NCBI GenBank assembly: GCA_020342155.1
Contig: CP070842.1
Span: 1,172,594 to 1,236,593, forward strand
Reading direction: 5' to 3'
DNA from: Dehalococcoidales bacterium
Lineage (GTDB): Bacteria > Chloroflexota > Dehalococcoidia > Dehalococcoidales > Fen-1064
Length of the DNA stretch: 64,000 bases
Shown in pieces: positions 29,753 through 38,087 of the stretch; positions within the stretch are counted from its first letter, which is position 1, and each line of letters opens with the position of its first letter. The notes beneath the pieces are model-generated. The model was not told where the DNA came from and ran no database searches. It saw only the letters and a list, made by a program, of their open reading frames with translations. The position numbers and the translations under genes are program-made.

Positions 29753-29854
29753 GGAAATGGTAAAGCAGCCTCTCGCTTTCCCACTTATCGGTAGTTCGAA
29801 TCCCTCCGCTGCCAGTTTTTATTTCTCACCTAAGCACCTGCCTGATTATAGCAT
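29753..29854 (+). repeat. Repeat copy D (extended; near full-length pseudo-tRNA plus flank)
   Basis: GGAAATGGTAAAGCAGCCTCTCGCTTTCCCACTTATCGGTAGTTCGAATCCCTCCGCTGCCAGTTTTTATTTCTCACCTAAGCACCTGCCTGATTATAGCAT. Confidence 0.75.
29845..29853 (-). promoter_or_regulatory. Extended -10 (TGCTATAAT on the minus strand) inside repeat D
   Basis: Plus-strand ATTATAGCA, about 130 nt upstream of the DUF169 start on the minus strand. Confidence 0.35.
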
Positions 29855-29933
29855 ATCGTTTAGCTTATACATTTCTCGATAACTGCTAACAACTGCTACA
29901 ATAATCTTATTACACAAGGGAGGTAAGAGACCA

Positions 29934-30500
29934 ATGGAAGCGAAGATAACCTATTTCGAAACCCCGGGTAGAGATAACACAGATGCTGTAATGGAGATTG
30001 TAAAGCAGCGTGCTCAGGAACTCGAAATCGAGACGGTTGTTGTCGCATCATATCGTGGCTACACTGCTGAAAAGGCAGTACGTGCGCTTGACGGTATGAA
30101 AATAGTTGTTATCGCCGGATTTCCACATCCAACAATGGATAACCTGGAGGAAACCTTTGCACAGGGTGACGAGAAACTTATCAAGGATAAGGCTACAGTA
30201 CTTATTGCCACACATTTTTTCTCCGGGATGAGTCGCGCAATACGGAAAAAGTACAACTCTTCAAGCCCTGAGGAACTTGTTGCTCAGGCATTAAGAATGA
30301 TGTGTAGCGGTGTAAAGGTCGGTATTGAGTGCACAATCATGGCTGCTGATGCAGGCTTGGTACGTACTGACGAGGATATTATCGCCATTGCCGGTACAGG
30401 TAGTGGTGCCGATGCAGCTATCTTGGTTAGACCTGTAAACTCACAGGACTTCTTTGACCTCAAGGTGAAAGAGATACTGTGCAAGCCGCGGAACTGGTGA
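29934..30500 (+). CDS. Pyruvate kinase alpha/beta (C-terminal) domain-like protein
   Basis: 188 aa. The pattern YFETPGRDNT...VVVASYRGYTA...IAIAGTG is typical of stand-alone PK_C-like proteins. Confidence 0.8.
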   Translation: MEAKITYFETPGRDNTDAVMEIVKQRAQELEIETVVVASYRGYTAEKAVRALDGMKIVVIAGFPHPTMDNLEETFAQGDEKLIKDKATVLIATHFFSGMSRAIRKKYNSSSPEELVAQALRMMCSGVKVGIECTIMAADAGLVRTDEDIIAIAGTGSGADAAILVRPVNSQDFFDLKVKEILCKPRNW

Positions 30501-30508
30501 TATGTAGA

Positions 30509-30608
30509 GGAAATGATTAAACAGCTTCTCACTTTATCACTAATCGGTAGTTCGAATCCCTCCGCTACCAGTATTTTATTTTACCTAAGTACACCATCTG
30601 AAAATTAA
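30509..30608 (+). repeat. Repeat copy E (extended, like D)
   Basis: GGAAATGATTAAACAGCTTCTCACTTTATCACTAATCGGTAGTTCGAATCCCTCCGCTACCAGTATTTTATTTTACCTAAGTACACCATCTGAAAATTAACT. About 80-85% identical to D by eye. Confidence 0.75.
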
Positions 30609-31064
30609 CTAAGGAATTGACTTAGCCAGTTGTTCTCCCAGAGCTCTGCATGTTTGCAGAATCTGTTCATCCGGCTTACCTCTAGAACCGACTGGTTCCC
30701 CAATTAATGTGCCTACACGCCTGAAAATACGCTCCATTGCGTCTTTTACCCTGCCACCACCGCCATGTGAGTAGAAGAGTATATAGGGTTTCTCTCTAAG
30801 TCCATCCAGTCCATCGCGTACATCAGCAATATAATGATCGTCCATAAAGGTCTTGAGACCACCTGCTATATAGCTATAATAATCTGGTGAACCAAAGGCC
30901 ACGCAATCATACTGTGGGAATTGATTGACATCAAAACGCCCGTCATTCGTATTGAATGAATCGACCTCACATCCTGCTTCCCGTAGACCATCAGCGATTG
31001 CTTTAGCCATAGCTGCTGTATTACCATATTCCTGCGAATGATACAGAACAAGGGCTTTCGTCAT
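30609..31064 (-). CDS. Flavodoxin-like protein
   Basis: 151 aa. LVLYHSQEYGNTAAMA FMN-binding N-terminus. Confidence 0.85.
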   Translation of the reverse strand: MTKALVLYHSQEYGNTAAMAKAIADGLREAGCEVDSFNTNDGRFDVNQFPQYDCVAFGSPDYYSYIAGGLKTFMDDHYIADVRDGLDGLREKPYILFYSHGGGGRVKDAMERIFRRVGTLIGEPVGSRGKPDEQILQTCRALGEQLAKSIP

Positions 31065-31075
31065 TTCACACTCCT

Positions 31076-31107
31076 AATAATCCGAACCCCTCCGTTGTTA
31101 TTCACCC
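31076..31107 (+). repeat. Repeat copy F (short, degenerate)
   Basis: AATAATCCGAACCCCTCCGTTGTTATTCACCC resembles TAGTTCGAATCCCTCCGCTG..TT..ATTTC.CC with deletions. Confidence 0.4.
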
Positions 31108-31889
31108 TTAAAGACAGGGTCTCGCTTCTCCGTGAAGGAGCGTACACCCTCCCGAAAATCCTCCGTCTGGAAAAGTCGTCTCTGGGTGAGTACTGAGAAC
31201 TCCAGATTGGACTCGAAGTCTGAACTGAGCCCCAGGCGCATCTGTTTCTTGGCCATCTGAACAGCCAAAGGTGCATTGTTGGCAATCTTCATTGCCCATT
31301 CGCTGGTAGTCCGCTCGAGCTCTTCATGGGGTACTACCGTGTTCACTAAACCGATGCGCGCTGCCTCGTTGGCATCCATTCTTTCACCAAGGAACATAAT
31401 TTCGCAGGCCTTGGCCCAGCCGATCAGCCGTGGCAATAACCAGTGGCCTCCGTTATCGGGTACCAGCCCCCGCTTAACGTGCATGTCTCCCAGAACAGCC
31501 TTGTCTGAGGCTATCCTGATATCGCAGAGCTGGGCTAGCTCAAATCCCCATCCTATTGCCGGACCATTGATAGAAGCAATCGTCGGTTTGTCCAGTGAAA
31601 GCATGAGAGTGGGGAGGTTAGAACCACCAGTCCTGACTCTTCTCTCGGTTCCTTCTGAGCCGAGTCCCTGCCCACCAGCCTGAGCAGCCAGATCAAGTCC
31701 GGAACAGAAACCTCTGCCAGCACCGGTGATGACTATTACCCTGATCTCATTATCATCTCTCGCGTCCTCGATACCTGCCATGAGTCCTGATATCATCGAG
31801 CCTGTGAAAGCGTTAAGCCGATCAGGTCGATTCAATGTTAACGTAGCGACCGGTCCTTCCTTTGCATAGATAATGTCCTGTGATTCCAT
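31098..31889 (-). CDS. Enoyl-CoA hydratase/isomerase (crotonase) family protein
   Basis: 263 aa. VVITGAGRGFCSGLDL oxyanion-hole motif and GPAIGWGFELAQLCDIRIAS. Confidence 0.9.
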   Translation of the reverse strand: MESQDIIYAKEGPVATLTLNRPDRLNAFTGSMISGLMAGIEDARDDNEIRVIVITGAGRGFCSGLDLAAQAGGQGLGSEGTERRVRTGGSNLPTLMLSLDKPTIASINGPAIGWGFELAQLCDIRIASDKAVLGDMHVKRGLVPDNGGHWLLPRLIGWAKACEIMFLGERMDANEAARIGLVNTVVPHEELERTTSEWAMKIANNAPLAVQMAKKQMRLGLSSDFESNLEFSVLTQRRLFQTEDFREGVRSFTEKRDPVFKGE

Positions 31890-31942
31890 CGAATTCCTCC
31901 TCTGCTACTTTTTATTTCGCCACAACATCTGATTATAGCATG
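31890..31942 (+). repeat. Repeat copy G (terminal)
   Basis: CGAATTCCTCCTCTGCTACTTTTTATTTCGCCACAACATCTGATTATAGCAT. 29/33 identical to copy A across TCGAAT..ATTTCGCC. Confidence 0.75.
31932..31940 (-). promoter_or_regulatory. Extended -10 (TGCTATAAT on the minus strand) inside repeat G
   Basis: About 45 nt upstream of the crotonase ATG (31889). The antisense of the tRNA-like part supplies GAGGAGGAA 6 nt before that ATG. Confidence 0.4.
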
Positions 31943-32159
31943 CCACTGAACTGCCTCACATCTCGCTAAAAAAGGATTGAAAAGTGTGAAAACAGCAAGT
32001 ACGATAGTGTCAATTTCAAATGGCTCTCTGGTCTTAATATCATTCGGCTTTGCAATATTCTATGTACATAATCTCATAACGGAATTATTAATAGATCACT
32101 TACCCAGACTACTACGTCTGTGATATCCCCATTTGACACCAATCATCCTGTAGGTTAAT

Positions 32160-33446
32160 GTGAACGGGATGACTACCGATTCAGAACCACCAACCGCCTT
32201 CCAAGTAATACTAGAGCCAGGTGGAGTACAATGTAACCTTGCCTGCAGGTATTGCCCCTATCCGCCAGAAGAACGGCAGCAAAAAAAGAAACCCCTCCGC
32301 ATGACGAAAACCATCCTTAACACCTTCACCCGCCAGTACATCGAAGCCCAGCAGGTGCCGGAGGTAACCTTTAACTGGCAAGGGGGAGAGCCGCTCCTGA
32401 TGGGTCTCGAATTCTTCCAGCAGGCGGTCGATTTCCAGCTCCAATATCGACACCCCGAGATGGCAGTTTATAACACCGTGCAGACCAACGGCCTCCTACT
32501 CGACGACGAGTGGTGCCGCTTCTTCAAGGCAAATGGCTTCCTCGTCGTTATCGGCATCGACGGTCCGGAGGGCCTCCACGACACTACCCGAATCGATAGT
32601 AGCGGGCAACCCACGTTGGAGCGCGTCATGGCCGGGGTAGAGCTGTTGCACAAGTATGGTGTCGAGTTCAACACGTTGACCAATGTTCACCCAGGGAATG
32701 TCGACTCCCCCGTAGAAATATACCGGTTCCTCCGGGACGATGTTAAAGCTCGCTTCATGCAGTTCATCCCAGTCGTTAACCAGGAAGGAGAAAAGGTCAA
32801 AGAGGTCTCGGTAACGGGTCGGCAATACGGCGATTTCCTTAAGACAATCTTCAGCGAATGGGTGCGACGCGATGTCGGGACAGTCTCCGTGGATATCTTT
32901 GACGCTACCCTAGCTGCCTGGGCAGGGCAACCACCGGGCGTATGTATCTTTGAGGAGACCTGTGGTAAAGCCCTGCTTCTGGAGCACAACGGAGACCTCT
33001 ATGCCTGCGATTACTTCGTCGAACCACACCACTGTCTCGGCAGCATCAAGAATAAGAGACTGACTGAGATGGCCATCTCAGAGCAGCAAGTCCGGTTTGG
33101 TCTCGCCAAGCGTGATACTCTCCCTGTCCACTGCGTCGAGTGCCAGGTAAGGTTTGTCTGCCACGGCGGCTGTCTGAAAAACCGGTGCCTGCATACGCCT
33201 GACGGCGAACCGGGGCTGAACTACCTGTGCGAAGGATACCGGGACTTCTTCAGTTACGTCGGTCCGGCGATGATGTTCATGGTAGAGGAGCTACAAGCTG
33301 AACGTTCTCCCACCAATGTAATGTACCTCATCGCAGAGCAGGACGCCCTGTTGCAGCTGAGCTTCGCAGGTGCGAGAGTCAATGAGCCTTGCCCCTGTGG
33401 CAGCGGTCTCGAATTCAAGGACTGCCACGGACGCAAGGAGGCCTGA
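32160..33446 (+). CDS. Radical SAM/SPASM maturase, anaerobic sulfatase-maturating enzyme-like, with a C-terminal SEC-C motif
   Basis: 428 aa. CNLACRYC radical-SAM cluster, SPASM cysteines (CIFEETCG..., CVECQVRFVCHGGC) and the tail CPCGSGLEFKDCHG. Confidence 0.85.
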   Translation: MNGMTTDSEPPTAFQVILEPGGVQCNLACRYCPYPPEERQQKKKPLRMTKTILNTFTRQYIEAQQVPEVTFNWQGGEPLLMGLEFFQQAVDFQLQYRHPEMAVYNTVQTNGLLLDDEWCRFFKANGFLVVIGIDGPEGLHDTTRIDSSGQPTLERVMAGVELLHKYGVEFNTLTNVHPGNVDSPVEIYRFLRDDVKARFMQFIPVVNQEGEKVKEVSVTGRQYGDFLKTIFSEWVRRDVGTVSVDIFDATLAAWAGQPPGVCIFEETCGKALLLEHNGDLYACDYFVEPHHCLGSIKNKRLTEMAISEQQVRFGLAKRDTLPVHCVECQVRFVCHGGCLKNRCLHTPDGEPGLNYLCEGYRDFFSYVGPAMMFMVEELQAERSPTNVMYLIAEQDALLQLSFAGARVNEPCPCGSGLEFKDCHGRKEA

Positions 33447-33497
33447 TGTTGCTTGATGTCTCTGTTGGGGAAGTAGAATGCAACGAGGTGAACTGTA

Positions 33498-34406
33498 ATG
33501 AGTGACTACGTTATTATCGATGCCCATGTCCACACCTACCAGACCCGGGAAGTCGGCCTCCAAGCCAAGCAAGGCAATACTACAACCGACTATGCCGGTA
33601 CTGTTGATGAACTGCTCCCTATCATGGAGAAGGCAAATATCAGCCAGGCAGTAATGGTCAATATGCTACCACTGGCTGAGATGAAAAAGGCGGCCGTGGA
33701 AAGGCTACCGGAAGACCTCAGCCAGGCACAACGCGATGATGCCCTTAAAGAAATAGATGCCCGGATGCTGGGGCGGCTGGAGCGCCGCAACTCCTGGACC
33801 TGCGATCTAACCCGGGAGCACCCGAACCTGATTCCTTTCATCAATCTTGACCCGCTACAGGATGACACCACTATGACCACCGAATTGCTGGACAAGGTCA
33901 ACAACCAAGGTGCCAAGGGAATAAAACTACATCCCGGCTCCCAGTGGTTTTACCCAAGCGACCGCAGGCTCTGGCCAGCCTACCGAACTGCACAGGAGAT
34001 GGGGTTACCTATCATCTTTCACGCTGGCCGTTTCATGAGCCCCGAAACGTACTCACGACCGAATAACTTCGTTGAAGTGCTTGAATCGTTCCCTGAACTC
34101 ACGCTGGTTATGGCCCACATAGGCACCGGCTATGAAAATGAGGCAGTATCGCTTTCAAAAGATTTCCACAACCTCGTGTTTGATTGCTCCGCTATCATCG
34201 GGAGCATTAACCCCGACGGAGAGCTTACGGAAGAGCGCCTCGCTTCCCTGATACGGGAGGTCGGCGTGGAACGAGTCATGTTCGGCTCGGACTTTCCCTG
34301 GTTTGATCCGGCCGATTCCGTAGCACGACTGCTCCATCTCGAGTTCAGTGAAGAAGAGAAGCAGCTGCTCTTTGCCGAGAATGCCATCCGAATCTATAAA
34401 CTCTAA
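33498..34406 (+). CDS. Amidohydrolase-family (TIM-barrel metal-dependent) hydrolase
   Basis: 302 aa. IIDAHVHTY N-terminal metal motif, and HAGR...MAHIG...GSDFPW. Confidence 0.85.
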   Translation: MSDYVIIDAHVHTYQTREVGLQAKQGNTTTDYAGTVDELLPIMEKANISQAVMVNMLPLAEMKKAAVERLPEDLSQAQRDDALKEIDARMLGRLERRNSWTCDLTREHPNLIPFINLDPLQDDTTMTTELLDKVNNQGAKGIKLHPGSQWFYPSDRRLWPAYRTAQEMGLPIIFHAGRFMSPETYSRPNNFVEVLESFPELTLVMAHIGTGYENEAVSLSKDFHNLVFDCSAIIGSINPDGELTEERLASLIREVGVERVMFGSDFPWFDPADSVARLLHLEFSEEEKQLLFAENAIRIYKL

Positions 34407-34467
34407 GAACCAGACGGCTCCATGCAGACATAGATATACCACGTCTGAACAGGGTGGAACAAAGCCT

Positions 34468-36786
34468 TTATTCCGAACGCCTTTTAAAGCTAAGCAGGCG
34501 CTTTAGCAAGAAGGGGCAGAGCTCTACCCATGACTTCTGCATCCTCCCCTTCTGCAACCCGGTCAGCTCCTTCATGCGACCGAATTGTGTCTCAATGTAA
34601 GCCTGGGCAATCGTATTGACTGCCTGGGCTTGTGCAGGTATCACCTGTGCCAATCGACCGGAGTACTCCAGCGGCGTCTCCGCAGGTCGCGGCCCAAACT
34701 TACTCAGCGATGCCAGGTAGCACATTCGGTTGTAGACATCGGCCGGATTATCCACTCGCTTGAGACGTACCAACCAATAAGCATAGCCAAGTCTCACTGC
34801 AAGGTACAGTGCCAGCGGAATCCCGAAAATGGCGAAATAGACGTACAGGTCCGGGCCTGGAAAACCGCTACGACCTGTACTGGTCGATTTATTATCCCCC
34901 TCTATAGGAGAGAGTACCTCGCCTTCGGGGAAAAACTCCGGGTAGGGATCATCGATTATGCCATTACCAGCAGGAATAATTTCAATCGTGTCATTATCGC
35001 CAGGAGTTGCTGAAAATTCCACCCAACCATATCCTGGGAAATAGACCTCAGTCCGGGCGTGATAGTCTTTAGCCCGCAGGGTATAGTTACCGGTATTTTC
35101 ATCGAGCACGCCCTCAAGATAGCCAGTATTAAGCCTGGTCGGTACACCCACGGAACGCAACATTACCGCCAGTGCCGAGGCAAAAGAAGTACAGACACCT
35201 TCTTTTGATTCAAACAAGAAATGAGCAACACCATCAACATCCTCAGGAGGCTTTTCGGCCTCAAGATTGTACTCGAAGTCCTGCAGGTACTCTATAATCG
35301 CTATTACCTTGTCGTAGACCGTCTCTGTCTCTGCCATTATCTCCTGGCTGAGCAACCCGACCTCCACCGGCAGGGTATCCGGTAGTTGCAGATAGCGGTC
35401 AACGATTGCCGCCGGGTAGTCCTCTCCGGCCTGTGATAGCTCCTCTGGTGTCAGCGAGGTGATACGAGTGCTCACCGTATAACTCTGATAGGGTTTCATC
35501 AGCCCCGGTGCCACCACGGCGATGATGTCACTTTCCACCTCAGCCTCATTATCAGAGACTTCGGACGAAGCGCCGTCAGAGGAGGTCAGCGGCACTTCCT
35601 CATTCTCCAGAGTGACAAACGTCTGCCCCAGTGCCGGGATACTGATAGAGACAAACTCACCCAACACAAGCAGGACGTCCGTCCTCAACCTGTTTTCCAC
35701 CGTATAAGTCACCGACTCACCCTCGACCAGATCCATACCCTCACCAGCCGCAAGCAGGTCAACATCGTGCTCAATAACCTCACTGCTGGTCCATCCCCAG
35801 GAATAATAGTTGTCATACCGCCTGATACGCCAATAGGACGGCTGGTCAGCGGTAACGATGAACAGTGTCCGTTCGCTGGTACTCACCGAAGAGCTGAAGT
35901 ACAATTGCATCTGATCATAACTGTCGATCTTTACCCATTTAGTACGGGCTACGGCGAATATGTTATACCACTGGTCCTGAGCATTATCTCTAAGAAGAGC
36001 GACCAGGTCCAGCCCCATCTGTTCTACCGGGGGCTTGGGTACCACCCAGGCAACCGTCACCGTGAGGATACTGATAATAACTACCGCGCCGACCACTTTG
36101 ATGACACTCGGACGAGAGAACCGGATACCGTGCCGTCGAAACCAGTCACCCTGTTTTGCCAAACTCGCCTGGCCGAGCAATAACAGTGCCACGAATAGAA
36201 AGATAGGCAAAAAGTAATAGTCTTCCTGACGAAGATTGCTCAGGTTTATCAGAATAGTAACCGTGCCTGCGATAACGGCCACCCAGGCGTTCCGTCTCCT
36301 TACGAAGAACCATGTCGAGATAAAGCCAATCACCCAGGTAAGAAGGATAAGGAACATGACGAAAAAGATGGGATCCTCGTTCGGGCGACCACCGGTTACA
36401 GTCTGCCACCAGTTCCCCAGAGCCGATTCTGCCTCTGCTACAGGCACAAGACCGACCGATTGCCACACGGTAACGCCTATTCCAAGGACAACTGCGAGAG
36501 AGTAAGTTACCTTACCCGGTAACCTGCCTCTGGCAAACCACAGGCCAACGACCACCGAGATAACGAGAACCAATATCAGCGAGGGTTCCCTCTTAACCCA
36601 GTTAGCATGCTCGATCGACCACACGGCGACAGCCAGGGTAAAAAAGACGAGTACTACACCAATCCACTCCTGCGGACTACCGAGGACATTCCGAACAACC
36701 GCGATTATTTGTGCGGGTATCCTGAGCCTGCCGGTCAAATGCGAGGCGTTGCTCCGTGCTCCACTACCACTACCTATACCTTCCAT
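34468..36786 (-). CDS. Transglutaminase-domain membrane protein (TgpA-like)
   Basis: 772 aa. Multi-TM N-terminus, transglutaminase core (GVCTSFASALAVMLRSVGVPTR...YHARTEVYFPGYGWVEFSATPG) and a C-terminal TM/DUF4129-like tail. Confidence 0.85.
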   Translation of the reverse strand: MEGIGSGSGARSNASHLTGRLRIPAQIIAVVRNVLGSPQEWIGVVLVFFTLAVAVWSIEHANWVKREPSLILVLVISVVVGLWFARGRLPGKVTYSLAVVLGIGVTVWQSVGLVPVAEAESALGNWWQTVTGGRPNEDPIFFVMFLILLTWVIGFISTWFFVRRRNAWVAVIAGTVTILINLSNLRQEDYYFLPIFLFVALLLLGQASLAKQGDWFRRHGIRFSRPSVIKVVGAVVIISILTVTVAWVVPKPPVEQMGLDLVALLRDNAQDQWYNIFAVARTKWVKIDSYDQMQLYFSSSVSTSERTLFIVTADQPSYWRIRRYDNYYSWGWTSSEVIEHDVDLLAAGEGMDLVEGESVTYTVENRLRTDVLLVLGEFVSISIPALGQTFVTLENEEVPLTSSDGASSEVSDNEAEVESDIIAVVAPGLMKPYQSYTVSTRITSLTPEELSQAGEDYPAAIVDRYLQLPDTLPVEVGLLSQEIMAETETVYDKVIAIIEYLQDFEYNLEAEKPPEDVDGVAHFLFESKEGVCTSFASALAVMLRSVGVPTRLNTGYLEGVLDENTGNYTLRAKDYHARTEVYFPGYGWVEFSATPGDNDTIEIIPAGNGIIDDPYPEFFPEGEVLSPIEGDNKSTSTGRSGFPGPDLYVYFAIFGIPLALYLAVRLGYAYWLVRLKRVDNPADVYNRMCYLASLSKFGPRPAETPLEYSGRLAQVIPAQAQAVNTIAQAYIETQFGRMKELTGLQKGRMQKSWVELCPFLLKRLLSFKRRSE

Positions 36787-36798
36787 TTCCCAAAACCC

Positions 36799-38064
36799 TC
36801 AAACATGTCTTGCATGCAACAGCGAGACGCGGTGGTCGAGCGCTGTCGCCAGCTCATCTCCCTGCCCAACAACATAGACCTGCACACCGGTGGCACTCAG
36901 ATTACGCGCGATATTGAGTGCACCGGGCTGCCCCCCGAAGCTGGAAGCATCAATCTGGACGACGACGACAGCGTCAACACGATTTCTCAATTGCCGGGTG
37001 GCATCAAATAGCTCGCCGCTGACCGAAGCTGTGACAATAATAACGATTGAATTGCCCCTAAGCTGTTCCATCTGGTCAGAGAGAAGCTGTCCTACCGTTT
37101 CTTTCCCGGTTGCCCTTGCCACGGCAAGGGCTTCCAGAATACGCCACAAGTGGTCCTCACCCCTATCAGGCGGAATATAATATGACTGGTCAGCGTAGGC
37201 TATCAGCCCAACTCGCATCCCGGTATCCAGGTGCTTTTTTGCCATCGAGGCCGCGATTTTTACGGCATATTCCTCCGTGGACTCATCGCCCTCGCCGACG
37301 TGAGACGCTGCTTGCATATCAAGAACAACCCAGACCGTCTTGGCAACATTCGAAGAACGGTCAGCATCAAATAACTTGACCATCAGCCTGCCGGTATGAG
37401 CCGTGCTCCGCCAGTGGATGTGATTGAGGCTATCACCTGAGTAGAACTCACGCACGCTGGAGGCGTTAGGGCTTATCTGACTGATGGACTGGTAACCGGC
37501 GCTCCGACCGAACTCGTTAAAAGAAACGGACCTGAACAGGGGTAGTTCAAATGTCGCCGGGTAGACGAGGACGCTTTGTGGCTCTCCCAGAGTACGTTTC
37601 CGTGAAAACAGACCAAAGGGGTCGGTCGATGTGACAACAACCGTACCCAGGTCGTAGCGACCCCGGCGCCGACAGTAGACACCGGACTCCCAGCGATGGG
37701 AACTCCCTGCCGACAGGTTCAGAACCTCGGCGTCACGGTAACCCCCCATATTGGTGCCCTCTTCTATCCTGAGCCAGAGCTTAGGGAAACGGCTGCTATT
37801 GGTAACTGTCATCTCTTGCTGGAATTTCTTACCTACCTGGCAGTGCTCCGGTGGTGGCTCAGCCCAGACACTAATACCGCGGATACTAAATACCGTCCAC
37901 AAAAAGCTTGCCAGCGGCACCAGCACCGAGAGGAAGAAGAGGCGCAACACCAGGCCGGAACCTCCCAGCAGTGACACAGCAAGAAGTGCTGTCGGGATTG
38001 TAGTAATTAATACAATATTTCGGACTTTCATCGTCTCAGCATCGAATGGTGCCCACCCTGACAC
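36799..38064 (-). CDS. DUF58 (VWA-like) protein
   Basis: 421 aa. VREFYSGDSLNHIHWRSTAHTGRLMVKLFD is the DUF58 signature. Confidence 0.85.
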   Translation of the reverse strand: MSGWAPFDAETMKVRNIVLITTIPTALLAVSLLGGSGLVLRLFFLSVLVPLASFLWTVFSIRGISVWAEPPPEHCQVGKKFQQEMTVTNSSRFPKLWLRIEEGTNMGGYRDAEVLNLSAGSSHRWESGVYCRRRGRYDLGTVVVTSTDPFGLFSRKRTLGEPQSVLVYPATFELPLFRSVSFNEFGRSAGYQSISQISPNASSVREFYSGDSLNHIHWRSTAHTGRLMVKLFDADRSSNVAKTVWVVLDMQAASHVGEGDESTEEYAVKIAASMAKKHLDTGMRVGLIAYADQSYYIPPDRGEDHLWRILEALAVARATGKETVGQLLSDQMEQLRGNSIVIIVTASVSGELFDATRQLRNRVDAVVVVQIDASSFGGQPGALNIARNLSATGVQVYVVGQGDELATALDHRVSLLHARHV

Positions 38065-38087
38065 AAATTGTTGAGGCTGGTCAGACC

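Larger units (their letters stand above)
27456..31942. mobile_element. Array of six repeat-delimited single-ORF cassettes downstream of tRNA-Met
   Basis: Seven copies (A-G) of a ~60-100 nt unit derived from the tRNA 3' end and its flank. Each interval is filled by one ORF. No recombinase gene is present in the window. Confidence 0.45.

Noticed and set aside
27430-31942. Could the evenly recurring repeats be a CRISPR array or integron attC sites?
   Set aside because: - Against CRISPR: the spacing is 0.4-1.0 kb and irregular, the 'spacers' are whole ORFs, and the repeats are 60-100 nt and diverged.
- Against attC: I found no attC-like imperfect palindrome with R''/L''-L'/R' organisation and no intI-like gene in the window.
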